Below, one piece after another: positions 18,301 through 27,134 of a stretch of 38,353 nt of DNA (positions within the stretch are counted from its first letter, which is position 1; every line of letters begins with the position of its first letter). This stretch comes from Opitutia bacterium. GTDB taxonomy: Bacteria; Verrucomicrobiota; Verrucomicrobiia; Opitutales; T3Sed10-336. The notes under the pieces are model-generated. The model was not told where the DNA came from. It made no database searches and saw only the letters and a list, made by a program, of their open reading frames with translations. A program made the position numbers and the translations under genes. The stretch spans positions 1 to 38,353 of the forward strand of contig JBJHCF010000047.1 in assembly GCA_050506795.1 (NCBI GenBank), given 5' to 3'.

Positions 18301-19782
18301 CACCTGGAAGCGGAGCAAGGGATTGTTGTCGTTATTCTGATTGTCCCGGTCATCGCGTCCGACCATGGTTTGCCAACCCCCGCCCACGCGGCCGAAGTTC
18401 ACCCAGGCTTCAATTGTAAAGTCTTCCCACTCGATTTGGCTCAGAGAGTCACCATCGACCCCCGTGACCCCATAATCTCCGCCGCCGACATCCAGGGAAA
18501 AGTTATTGGCCTCTCCCGTTTGACTCAGCCTTGCGGCGGGAACCGACGACGAGTACACGGGCGAGCCTATGATGTTCTGCAAGTGGTGTCCATTTCCTGA
18601 GGAATCGATCCCGCTGGTCACCGGGGCGCCGGCGGAGGCGCCCTCGAACCGATAGTGGGCCACCACGCCCTGCGGCTCGGGAACTTCTCCATGACCCACC
18701 CGCAGGATGGCCGCGTCAGTCGTCAGGGTCATGTCGTTATCGAGGCGGGTGACCACCGCGCGATACCGGTTCCGGTCCATCGATTGATCCACCACCCCGG
18801 CGGAGTAAGAATCCTCTGTCGCTCCTGCAATATCGGACCAGGTCGCCCCCAGATCCTCCGAGATCTCCCATTGAACGGAATAAGCGGCTCCGGAGAAAAC
18901 CGTCGTGCTAAACGTCGCCACGTCTCCCTCCCAGAGAACGAGGGACGCGGGGTGACTCGTAATCTCGAAGGTTCCCGGTTCAAAATTCAAAAACTCCGTT
19001 GGGGCAAGCGCCGCGCTGCTGATACGAACTTCGTCAATCAGCCCCTCCGTCCATTCACCCTGATTCGCCGTCCACTGGCCCATGCCGATTGTCCAGCGAG
19101 GTTTGATCCCCGTTGGATGCCACATGCCCGTGAAATTGTTCAGTTGCCCGATTTGCTGGCCGTCGGCGTACGCGATAAGGGTTTGCGCCTCCAAGTCGGC
19201 GACCACGGCAAGGTGAACCCATTCGCCCACCGGAGGTTGGAAGCCGGTGGTCAGTTCGCGCTCCAATGTACCTCCACCCGCTCCCCTCGTTGTCGCACGG
19301 AAACCAAAGTTGCCGTCACCATTGACCTGAAAACGGAGCAAGGGATTGTTGTCGTTGTTTTGGTTGCCCCGGTCATCCCGTCCGACCATGGTTTGCCAAC
19401 CCCCGCCCACGCGGCCGAAGTTCAACCAGGCCTCGATGGTGAAATCATCGAGCTCCACTTCGCTCAAACCTTCGTCGTCCACGCTGACGAAACCGACGTT
19501 CCCGACGCTGAAATCAGTGGAAAGGTTGTTGTCCACATCGAGAATCGGGATGTGTGTCATCGCCACCTCGTCGGAATAAACGGGATTGCCGCCCGCGAGC
19601 GACACCAAGTCATAGCCGTTGCCGGAGGAGTCGATCGCTCCGGTCGCGGCTTCACCGGCCGTTCCTTCTTCGAAACGGTAATGGGCCACCGTATTCGCGG
19701 ACGCGGCGGCGGATGTGATGAGGACAACCGCGGCGAGCACGCAGGGCAGCTTAATTCTGATTGAGGCAAGCCATGTATTCAT
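15334..19782 (-). CDS. Large secreted protein: 2x LamG-like jellyroll, several Ig-like domains, verrucomicrobial-type C-terminal domain
   Basis: Signal peptide; two AHYRFE..FTIEAW..WVHLAVV..GLIDEVR.S repeats; YQW/Y.VVV Ig motifs; C-terminal DFDGDGLLNLIEYALGSNP...RFLRLRV. Confidence 0.85.
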   Translation of the reverse strand: MNTWLASIRIKLPCVLAAVVLITSAAASANTVAHYRFEEGTAGEAATGAIDSSGNGYDLVSLAGGNPVYSDEVAMTHIPILDVDNNLSTDFSVGNVGFVSVDDEGLSEVELDDFTIEAWLNFGRVGGGWQTMVGRDDRGNQNNDNNPLLRFQVNGDGNFGFRATTRGAGGGTLERELTTGFQPPVGEWVHLAVVADLEAQTLIAYADGQQIGQLNNFTGMWHPTGIKPRWTIGMGQWTANQGEWTEGLIDEVRISSAALAPTEFLNFEPGTFEITSHPASLVLWEGDVATFSTTVFSGAAYSVQWEISEDLGATWSDIAGATEDSYSAGVVDQSMDRNRYRAVVTRLDNDMTLTTDAAILRVGHGEVPEPQGVVAHYRFEGASAGAPVTSGIDSSGNGHHLQNIIGSPVYSSSVPAARLSQTGEANNFSLDVGGGDYGVTGVDGDSLSQIEWEDFTIEAWVNFGRVGGGWQTMVGRDDRDNQNNDNNPLLRFQVNGGGFFGFRATTRGEGDATLERELTTGYQPPVNEWVHLAVVADLEAQTLIAYANGQQVGQLNNFTGMWHPTGVKPRWTIGMGQWTANQGEWTEGLIDEVRLSDRALSTNEFLNFNPSVLLFTTQPQDVVAHVTDTITFTAVAAGAGTGAPDYQWQVSTDGGANWTDLEGVVGTEYTIESATLDQDGNQYRVIATRSDPDHEEISRVATLTIDGYPLPQIVQAPPELLLAFVGDHIVLTVEATGQGNLTYQWFIDGEEQAGETGTSLDLGTVDLDSEAIYSVVVSDDAAQADQLPPTTVTLQTELILIPRPAGAISLNFVGAAQNDFQTWSGELGIVHPWEEAGFIAVTHWNNSPSVPSQSTPFPLVDDLGESTTATATWASGNTWGPWNSGPPLAEKDAHQRMFHGYIESRGGSSVTISNVPYTTYDVYVYPRGIEGGAGEYIRSVTLTAGGTETTFYGRNYSGNPPLPSIPFVLASATTQAEANQGLPVTVFRFTNVSGSSFTVDHQDVVGWNLGGIAGISIVDRSAGSVPRPVLTSRPMSQFRPAGGNASFSVAATSPNGGSLSYQWQRNGVNIPGATSATLNLSDVDSADSGIYTVVVTDSAGSTNEANASLSVAGSGRSILVSGDLNHIDGSRHDHMSGHAILRQDGTVVEIDPGQAASNPHEIGEGDTVWNRLSEFARGIRAYDNLVDHEGFQLPGLTLSINAPGASAQDAPTGGGIDDPVTSWSGPLLRDSIVTAGDATMSFTVSGLNQFAGLEGKLVVYSHGPQSTHWGGERNDVATVTLDAANSPSGEAQSGVTDPVEGRDLRYNNFAHVAFDVVVAANGTVSWTIGEAPGFTGMNAFNGFQLLLTAEGELIPPGEGIADWRMTYFGTSDNAGLAANDADFDGDGLLNLIEYALGSNPTVAGDGAGAVSIGQAGGYLTLTFSHIDDPSLLFVIESSDDLNGGWSVEETFSFVTVGTVTFTDTQPIGAGPRFLRLRVEINE

Positions 19783-20294
19783 GTTTTTCGTGGATTCGGG
19801 TTTTTGGGTCGGTCTTTATCGGTTCGGAGATTGTTTTCCACAGGTTCTCCGAGAATCGAACTTGGAAGTATGGTAGCGCTGATCGAAGGCTTTCCACCCT
19901 GGGAGATCAATCGCCGCGCGAACGGGAAATATGGCATCAAACCGCTAATAAGGCCGGTTCGGGGACGAAAACATAACGTCCACAACAAACGGTGGAATCA
20001 GGTCAGGGACAAATTTTCCTCGATGGCATGGCAGGGGATCGGGAACGTTTCTTGGCGAATCGAAGTTTCGAGGAAGTATAGAGAAGCCTGCCACCGGATT
20101 TCTTGTATTTTTTGGACAAAAAACCGGCGGTTTTTGTCAAAACGGATCCAATATCACTCGGCCAGGCTGCCGGCAGTCACTCATCGAAACGAAAAAGCTT
20201 GCGCAGTCGCCATAAATAATATGTAAACTGTACCTGTAAGGAATCCCAATCTTTCTCGTACCTTTCAAATCCCACAACAGACAAGGCGGCGTTT

Positions 20295-21032
20295 ATGAAG
20301 AGAAAACAAGCCGGATTTACCCTGATCGAATTGCTTACGGTTATTGCTATAATCGGAATTCTGGCAGCGATATTGGTTCCCGTCGTTTCTACCGTGCGGG
20401 AGTCGGCGCGGCGATCGGCTTGCGTGAGCAATCTGCGCCAGATCGGTCTCTCGGCATTGCTGTATGGCGCTGAGAACAACGACCGGCTGCCGGTCATTAA
20501 TCAAGGTTATTGGCCCCATGACATTACGGTGGCAGCCATGAACCAATTGGTGGCAACCGGCGGAGGCGAGATGGACATGTTCTATTGCCCTTCGGATGCG
20601 GGAACCCGGCGCGACCGCTGGTCCCTGGCTGACACCAGCACCCAACAGGAAGTCTCCGGCTACAGGGCCATCAGCTACGTGATCCTATTCGAAGGCTCTC
20701 CGCGGGTGAGGCCGGAGTTCACCAACAGCAGGCTTGGGGAACCGAAGCCGGTTACGATCGGCCGTAACGTAGTCTACCAGACCGAGAGCCAGAGGGAACT
20801 GGCCCTCGATGCGGTGATGTCGATGGGCGACAATTTTCACAATCTTGTCTCCACCGTTACCCATGCGACCGGGGGCACGATGTCGGACTGGATTGATCGA
20901 ACCAACCATCTAAACGGGACCGATCCCGCGGGCGCCAATATCGTCTTCCTGGACGCCCACGTCGAATGGCGGCCGTTTCACGAGATGACAAGAACCGAGA
21001 GGACGCAAGGCAGCCCCAGGTTTTGGTGGTAA
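20295..21032 (+). CDS. Prepilin-type N-methylation / H-X9-DG-type pseudopilin (DUF1559-like)
   Basis: [36 protein letters not shown] and NH...[13 protein letters not shown] motifs. Confidence 0.9.
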   Translation: MKRKQAGFTLIELLTVIAIIGILAAILVPVVSTVRESARRSACVSNLRQIGLSALLYGAENNDRLPVINQGYWPHDITVAAMNQLVATGGGEMDMFYCPSDAGTRRDRWSLADTSTQQEVSGYRAISYVILFEGSPRVRPEFTNSRLGEPKPVTIGRNVVYQTESQRELALDAVMSMGDNFHNLVSTVTHATGGTMSDWIDRTNHLNGTDPAGANIVFLDAHVEWRPFHEMTRTERTQGSPRFWW

Positions 21033-21144
21033 TGCGGTCAGTCGTCACCCGTTTTGCCTGCGCGCCTTGTGAAAGGGCCATTTTGGTGCCGAACCTATTC
21101 GTTCGGTCACGAATCGGCCATTCGTAAACGGCCCCAAACTCCGG

Positions 21145-21238
21145 CGGCAGGGACGGAGCCCTGCCCTCCAAATTTACCGCAACCCTGGAGGGGGCGGTTC
21201 CACCCGCGCCTCGGCAGGGACGGAGCCCTGCTCTCCAG
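21145..21238. repeat. GGAGGG-type REP cluster between convergent genes
   Basis: GGCAGGGACGGAGCCCTGCYCTCCA occurs twice, with CTGGAGGGGGCGG between them; overlaps the 3' tail of the downstream ORF. Confidence 0.7.
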
Positions 21239-23831
21239 GAGGGAATACGGGGCGGGACTGCGACGCGCCGGGGAAATAGGAACCCGGCCAGGCGGTGGGG
21301 TCGGCGCCGGGATCCCGGAGTAGCCGGGGCGGCAGGGTGTCGTGGAGTTGCCGGCGGTGCTCGGCGCGATCAATTTCGCCGCGACGGAGTTGCAGTTCCA
21401 AGCCCGCCAGACGATCGGCTTCCCGGAGACGTTCCGGAGAGGCTTCGTTGCGGGCGATGGCGTTCTCGCGCATCTCCCGGCTCAAGGTGTGCCAGCGCTC
21501 GCCAGTGAGGTACTTTTCCTCCGGCCGACCGGTGACGCGTTCCCGGCCGGCCCGCAGCTCGATCAACAAATTGTTCAGGGTGTGCACCGAGCCAACCGAG
21601 GGCTCCTTCACGGAACCCAGGTATAACATTTCCACTCCTTCCACCCACCGCATCAAGGGGTCGCTCACGCCACCGTGATCCCGTTCCCCAGCGGTGCGGC
21701 GTTCCACCTGCTCCCAGTTGATTCGACCCCCTTCCTGAAATCCCACCATGGCCAGAGCCGCGGTATCGGGTCGAAACCCGTTGACGAAAAGATGGACCTC
21801 CGGAAACACCATTCGGAACGTAGCCACAATCACCTGCAAATCCTCCGCGGTAAGCTGATACAGCGGCAGCCACTGACAAAACAAGCCGCCGGGACGCAAC
21901 GACCTTTTCACCGCCCCAAAATGTTCCCGGCTGTACAAACGGGCTTCCCCCGGCCCCCAGGGCAGAAACAGGTCGCCGGCCACCACATCGAAACTCTCGG
22001 GAGCGGAAGCGATATAGGTGCGGCCGTCCGCGATGGCCACCCGCGACCGGGGGTCGGTGAACAGTCCGTTCTGGTGCTCGCCGAAATAGGCGCGGGCCGC
22101 TTCGGTCACCGTATGGGAAAGTTCGATCGACACCACTTCCTCCACCCCGGCATGCAGCAGGGCCGCGCCCGGGGTTATGCCCGTCGCCAGCCCGATGAAA
22201 GCCACCCGCTCCGGCGCCGGATGCAGCATCAGGGGCAGATGCGCCTGACGCGCCTGGTCGTGCCGGGCTCCTGTGGTGCCCAGCATGTACTGATTGTAAA
22301 CCAGCAGGCCGCGTCCGAAATCCTCCCGTTCCACCACCGCCACCGTGCCTTCACGTCCGCTCCACTCCTCCACCAGATCGATCCTCATAAAGGGGTTGAT
22401 GGTGGTCAAATTCTGCACCGGACGAGCCAGAAGCAACACCACCACACAACTGCAAATCGCGATCATTCGTCCGGAAAACATCCGGGCCTCATCGGCTCGT
22501 AAAAGTGTGCCGGCCGCCAGCGCGCACACCCCGTATACCAAACCCACGCTCCATATCGCCCCATAGAGTCCGAACTGTGGCAGCAACCAGCGGTAAGCCA
22601 ACTCCGCCCCGCACAAACCGCCTATTCCGTTGACCGCCAGCAGCAGCCCCCAGTTGCGGCCGCCGGGATCGGAGCCCGCCCGGTCGCTCCAGGCGGTTAG
22701 CAGCGGAAAGGTCAGTCCCGCCATGAAAAACACCGGTCCACAGACCAGAAACGAAAAAAGCAATAATCGCCCCAGAAACAAAGTGAAATTCGCCGCCGGA
22801 GGAAGGCCGCCCGATATCTGTGAAACCAGGAAAAACACCACCGGGGTCGCAGCCGCCACCAGTGCCGTCGCCCCGAGTGAACCTGCCATCAACAACGGAA
22901 TGGACGCCACCCGCTGCGCCGGTCCGGCTAGAAAAGCCGCCAGGGCCAGCAACAAAATCACACAGGCCAGAACCGCCGCCGGCGCGTAAAAGGAAAGCGG
23001 CGCCACCAACATGAGCGTCTCCAGCAACGCCACTTCCAGGGCCAGAACTCCGAATCCTGAAACAAACGCCAACACCCCCACCCCCCAACCCGGCAATGAC
23101 CGGGAGGACGCGATAACCGGTCGACGCTCGGGAGAAGCCGACGGCCGCGGGGCCCGCCGGTCGAGCCAAAGACACCCCGTCGCGGTCACTGCGTTAAACA
23201 CCAGCACCGCCGCAAACGCCCCGGCCGCGCCGAACAGCGGCAAAAAAACGGCCGCGGTGAGACTCAAACCGATCACTCCCCCCAAGGTGTTCCAACCGTA
23301 TAACCTCACCCCGTGACGACGGAGTTGCCGATCCCCTCCCAGGACCGCCGAGGCCAGAATCGGCAAAAACCACCCCATGAGAAAAGCCGGCGGAAGCAGA
23401 ATTAACACCGACAGTCCCAGTTTGAGCCACCCGCCCTCCCAACCCGTCAGTCTCTCCGGTCCCATCAACGGCCAGATGGCATCACTCCACCAAGGCAGAA
23501 AGTAGATCGGCAACGCCAGAAGCAGGATGCCGATCTCCGCCCCCGCCAACCAGCGCCAGGGAGACCGTATCCGATTCAACATGACAAAAGCCGCCGCCCC
23601 TCCCAGCGCCAACCCCAGAAAAAACACCCCGAAAACCCGCGAGCTGGACTCCGCTCCCGCCCCCAGCAGATCGATCATGCGGCGGGTCCAAAGCAACTGA
23701 TGCCCCAACGCCGCCGCCCCGCTGAAAAGCGACAACACGACCGCCCAACGCCAGGTGGCCACCCGGCTGATTCCCCTCTCAACGGCGGCTTCCTCCAGTT
23801 CCCCCGATTTGCCAAAGGTCTTCAATAGCAC
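21174..23831 (-). CDS. Fused MFS-like membrane domain / spermidine synthase-like SAM-binding protein
   Basis: FSGAAAL..QLLWTR and duplicated LY..NTLGG membrane repeats; IGLATGIT, DGR, FDVVAGDLF and LYSREHF..L.PGG..CQWLP motifs. Start uncertain. Confidence 0.85.
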   Translation of the reverse strand: MLLKTFGKSGELEEAAVERGISRVATWRWAVVLSLFSGAAALGHQLLWTRRMIDLLGAGAESSSRVFGVFFLGLALGGAAAFVMLNRIRSPWRWLAGAEIGILLLALPIYFLPWWSDAIWPLMGPERLTGWEGGWLKLGLSVLILLPPAFLMGWFLPILASAVLGGDRQLRRHGVRLYGWNTLGGVIGLSLTAAVFLPLFGAAGAFAAVLVFNAVTATGCLWLDRRAPRPSASPERRPVIASSRSLPGWGVGVLAFVSGFGVLALEVALLETLMLVAPLSFYAPAAVLACVILLLALAAFLAGPAQRVASIPLLMAGSLGATALVAAATPVVFFLVSQISGGLPPAANFTLFLGRLLLFSFLVCGPVFFMAGLTFPLLTAWSDRAGSDPGGRNWGLLLAVNGIGGLCGAELAYRWLLPQFGLYGAIWSVGLVYGVCALAAGTLLRADEARMFSGRMIAICSCVVVLLLARPVQNLTTINPFMRIDLVEEWSGREGTVAVVEREDFGRGLLVYNQYMLGTTGARHDQARQAHLPLMLHPAPERVAFIGLATGITPGAALLHAGVEEVVSIELSHTVTEAARAYFGEHQNGLFTDPRSRVAIADGRTYIASAPESFDVVAGDLFLPWGPGEARLYSREHFGAVKRSLRPGGLFCQWLPLYQLTAEDLQVIVATFRMVFPEVHLFVNGFRPDTAALAMVGFQEGGRINWEQVERRTAGERDHGGVSDPLMRWVEGVEMLYLGSVKEPSVGSVHTLNNLLIELRAGRERVTGRPEEKYLTGERWHTLSREMRENAIARNEASPERLREADRLAGLELQLRRGEIDRAEHRRQLHDTLPPRLLRDPGADPTAWPGSYFPGASQSRPVFPPGEQGSVPAEARVEPPPPGLR

Positions 23832-23850
23832 TCCCGCGATTTAAAGGGCT

Positions 23851-24010
23851 AGGCGAAGCCTCAGACCAGCAGTAGTGCACGCATCTTGCGTGCGAACCTC
23901 ACGCTGGCCTGCGACGAGCTCAGCCGAGTCGAAGCGTGACCTACTTCTTTCAACCTGATTTGCAAAACTTGATTCACCTACAACAACTTTTCGTGTTTTA
24001 GGACTCTAGA
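23851..24010. repeat. Bipartite intergenic element, family I copy 1
   Basis: Ends shared with 35100-35257 (19/19 and 41/47 nt); the core is a GTAG...CTAC REP doublet. Confidence 0.8.
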
Positions 24011-24053
24011 CCCGGTCGCCTCCGGAAACCCGCTCGGGCCGGCGCCTCACTCG

Positions 24054-25244
24054 TCAACGTCGGCCGCGGCGGCCTCCGGCGGTGGCGGCGGAGCCGCTTT
24101 GCCAGGGCATGGTGAGATCGCCAAAGTCGAAGCGTTCGATCGGACGTCCCAGTTCGGCTTCGATTTTTTGGAAAGTGAGCAGATCCCCCGGGGTCACGAA
24201 CGACAGCGCTTCCCCGTCGGCCTCCGCCCGAGCCGTGCGGCCGACCCGGTGCACATAGTCTTCGAAATTGTTCGGAAGGTCGTAGTTGATCACATGGGTG
24301 ACATCCTTGATGTCCAATCCCCGGGCCGCGATGTCGGTGGCGATCAGAATGGCAAAGTCGCCGTTGCGGAAGGATTCCAAAGCGCGGGTACGCTCTTTTT
24401 GATCCCGGTCGCTGTGCAGCACCCCGACGCGGAAGCCGTCCGAGGAGATCACTTCGTGAATAAAGTCGGCCTCGACCTTCATCCCACAGAACACCATCAC
24501 CGAGGTCATGTTCGGCAAGGCCAGCAATTCGCGGAGGAGGCGCGGTTTGCGCATCTTTTCCACATAAAAGGCGCCCTGCTGGATTTTCTCCGGCGTGCGG
24601 ATGGGGGGTGAGACATCGACCCGGATCGGATCATTGAGCAAACGCGCCGCCAGGCGTTCGATGGGCGCGGGAAAGGTGGCCGAAAACATGAGGGTCTGCC
24701 GCTTTCCCTTGCCGAGGAAGCCAATGATCTGGTGGATCGCCGGCATGAACCCCATATCCAGCATGCGGTCGGCCTCATCGAGGATGAACACGTCGACGGC
24801 GCGCAGATGGGTGTTCTTTTGCTGCAGATGATCGATCAGGCGTCCCGGGGTCGCCACAATAATTTCCGGCTCCGAATCCAGCGCCTGCAACTGCTTGCGG
24901 TAAGGCACGCCCCCAAGCAGGAGGGCCACCCGAAGGTCGGCGTACCTGGCCAATTGCTGAATGTTTTCATCCACTTGCGCCGCCAGTTCCCGGGTCGGAC
25001 TGAGAATCAACACCCGAGGTCCGGCATAGACCTCCCCGGGATCGCGCTGCAGGTAGCGTTGCAGGGACGGCAGCACGAAGGCGGCGGTTTTTCCTGTGCC
25101 GGTCTGGGCGATGCCGATGACATCGCGTCCGTCGGCAATGGGCTCTATGGTTTGGCTTTGAATCGGTGTGGGTTTGGTAAACCCCAGGTCGTCTATGGCC
25201 TTGCGGATCCGTTCATCGAACGGGTAATCGGAAAAAGAATTCAT
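24054..25244 (-). CDS. DEAD-box RNA helicase (RhlE-like)
   Basis: PTPIQ, AQTGTGKT, PTRELA, TPGRL, DEAD, SAT, ARGLD and HRVGRTAR motifs. Confidence 0.96.
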   Translation of the reverse strand: MNSFSDYPFDERIRKAIDDLGFTKPTPIQSQTIEPIADGRDVIGIAQTGTGKTAAFVLPSLQRYLQRDPGEVYAGPRVLILSPTRELAAQVDENIQQLARYADLRVALLLGGVPYRKQLQALDSEPEIIVATPGRLIDHLQQKNTHLRAVDVFILDEADRMLDMGFMPAIHQIIGFLGKGKRQTLMFSATFPAPIERLAARLLNDPIRVDVSPPIRTPEKIQQGAFYVEKMRKPRLLRELLALPNMTSVMVFCGMKVEADFIHEVISSDGFRVGVLHSDRDQKERTRALESFRNGDFAILIATDIAARGLDIKDVTHVINYDLPNNFEDYVHRVGRTARAEADGEALSFVTPGDLLTFQKIEAELGRPIERFDFGDLTMPWQSGSAATAGGRRGRR

Positions 25245-25310
25245 TACAAATCAGGTTTTCGTTTGGCAGGTTTTTGGGGCGGAATCAACGGGAATTTACC
25301 CCGGGAGGCG

Positions 25311-25703
25311 TCAGCGCGATTGCAGGCGAATACGGTCGATTCCGTTGCGACGGACCTGGTCCATAACAAAGGTCACTTCCCGCAGCGGTGTGCTTTCGTC
25401 CGCCATGAGCAGCACGGAAACCTCTCGTGCCACCGGTCGGAGGTCGGCCAAAAAAGCAGTCAACTCCTCGCGCTCGACCCGGTTGCCGTCGATGAAGAAG
25501 GCGCCCTCGGCGTCGATTCCGATCACCAGGGATTCGTCCACCGCGCCGGCGCCGGCGGTTTCGATTTGGGGCAGAACGAGATTCAGCGCCTGCAGTTCGC
25601 GAAACTGCATGGTCATGAGAAAAAAGAAAATGAGTATGGCCAGCACATCGATCAAAGGAACGATGTTGATTTCGGGGCGACGCCGTTTGGGCTTAAGGCT
25701 CAT
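25311..25703 (-). CDS. exbD: ExbD/TolR family biopolymer transport protein
   Basis: INIVPLIDVL..L.FF TM motif and LMAD; coupled to the upstream exbB-like gene. Confidence 0.88.
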   Translation of the reverse strand: MSLKPKRRRPEINIVPLIDVLAILIFFFLMTMQFRELQALNLVLPQIETAGAGAVDESLVIGIDAEGAFFIDGNRVEREELTAFLADLRPVAREVSVLLMADESTPLREVTFVMDQVRRNGIDRIRLQSR

Positions 25704-26263
25704 GCCTCGTCGTCGGTTCCGTACATCAGGTCGATCAGCGACTCAATCCGCACGGCGTAGGTCTCCACCCGTCGCTGCAGGTAACCATTGGCCACCAGGG
25801 AGGGAATGGCGATGGCCAACCCGATGACGGTGGTGGTGAGTGCCAGCGCCACCCCCTCCACAAAAGCCTGTGGCTCGGGGAGCCCGGTGTCCGGGGCAAT
25901 GTTCGCGAACACCTGGATCAGCCCTGTGACCGTTCCCAGGAGCCCGAGAAGGGGCGCGGCACCGATCACCATTTCCAACAGCACCAATCCCCGCTCCAGG
26001 CGGTTGATTTCCACCCGCGCCACCGCCTTGGCGGCGCTTTTATCAGCGGCATTATTTCGGGAGAACCGCACCACCCGGCCCAGGGCCGAACGCTCGTTCG
26101 GTTCGACCGCCTCGCCCCGGGAAATCTTTTCCACCAGCACCGGCGGGCAAACGCGGTGGCTGAGGAGACCGTAAAGGCGCTCGACCACGATAAACACCGC
26201 CACCAGCGAACAAATCGCCAGCGGGTAGATGAATACCCCCGCGCCTTCAATCAGCTCCATCAT
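25700..26263 (-). CDS. exbB: MotA/TolQ/ExbB proton channel protein
   Basis: APLLGLLGTVTGLI and ALTTTVIGLAIAIP motifs. Confidence 0.88.
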   Translation of the reverse strand: MMELIEGAGVFIYPLAICSLVAVFIVVERLYGLLSHRVCPPVLVEKISRGEAVEPNERSALGRVVRFSRNNAADKSAAKAVARVEINRLERGLVLLEMVIGAAPLLGLLGTVTGLIQVFANIAPDTGLPEPQAFVEGVALALTTTVIGLAIAIPSLVANGYLQRRVETYAVRIESLIDLMYGTDDEA

Positions 26264-26390
26264 GGTCTCGGCAGCCTCCCCGACATCAACACATCAACGA
26301 AGACGCCTCCGCTCGTCAACCGGCGAAGACCGGGTGCTCCGGATCGCTCGTCCATCAAATCATCAATTGTCCGGAACGCCATGCTCTGAT

Positions 26391-26507
26391 TTAGTCCCTT
26401 CATTCTGAAATCCTGCGCAAATCGCACATTTTTTTTGGAGGGCAATCCCGGCTTGCCGGGATTGCCCACCACGTAACTCCTTATTGGGGCCGGATCCGCC
26501 GGGTTGG
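26391..26507 (+). repeat. Bipartite intergenic element, family II copy A
   Basis: Ends shared with 29745-29892; core hairpin GGGCAATCCCGG-CTTG-CCGGGATTGCCC. Confidence 0.75.
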
Positions 26508-26522
26508 TTCCGGTTCATTCGG

Positions 26523-27122
26523 TCAGTGAACGTAGTGGAGTGAGCGCGCCGTCGCCGCCACCTGCTCCTCGCCCTCCAACAGCTCGGCGATGGGATCCCA
26601 TTTTCCGCTGAGCAAAGCCGTGCGGGCGGAATCCCGCAACTCGGCCGGGTACTCCCGATCACCGCAACGGATGCTGCGGTTTTCCACGTCCAACTCGATT
26701 TGCACGTTCGGATCCGCCTCGATGGTGGCGGCCATCTCCCTGATATCCTGACGCGAAGCCGCGAAACAGGGCATGCCCAGCGTGATGCTGTTGCCAAAAA
26801 AGATCTCGGCGTAGCTTTCGGCGACGATTCCCCGGAAACCGGCTTTGTGCAGGGCCTGCGGGGCGTGCTCGCGGGAACTGCCGCAACCGAAGTTCGACCC
26901 GCTCAGGAGGATTGTGGCGCCGGCGTGCCGAGGATCGTTGAGCGGATGCTTCTTGTCGCTGCCGTCTTCGTTCTTGCGCACGTCGTAAAACGCGAATTCA
27001 CCGAGACCGTCAAAGGTGATGCACTTCATAAAACGGGCCGGGATAATCCGGTCGGTGTCGATGTCATCACCCGGGATATAAACTCCCCGGCCGGTAACTT
27101 TGCTGATTTTTTCCAATGCCAT
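26523..27122 (-). CDS. leuD: 3-isopropylmalate dehydratase small subunit
   Basis: DIDTDRIIPARF, NFGCGSSREHAP and AEIFFGN motifs. Confidence 0.97.
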   Translation of the reverse strand: MALEKISKVTGRGVYIPGDDIDTDRIIPARFMKCITFDGLGEFAFYDVRKNEDGSDKKHPLNDPRHAGATILLSGSNFGCGSSREHAPQALHKAGFRGIVAESYAEIFFGNSITLGMPCFAASRQDIREMAATIEADPNVQIELDVENRSIRCGDREYPAELRDSARTALLSGKWDPIAELLEGEEQVAATARSLHYVH

Positions 27123-27134
27123 GATTCTCTCCTT

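Noticed and set aside
18004..19435. Diversity-generating retroelement TR/VR pair
   Set aside because: Both copies are in-frame domains of one gene, the differences are not adenine-specific, and no reverse transcriptase is present.
26431..26467. Intrinsic terminator for leuCD
   Set aside because: The T-run is on the wrong side for a minus-strand transcript, and the hairpin is better explained as the GGAGGG REP core of a family II element.
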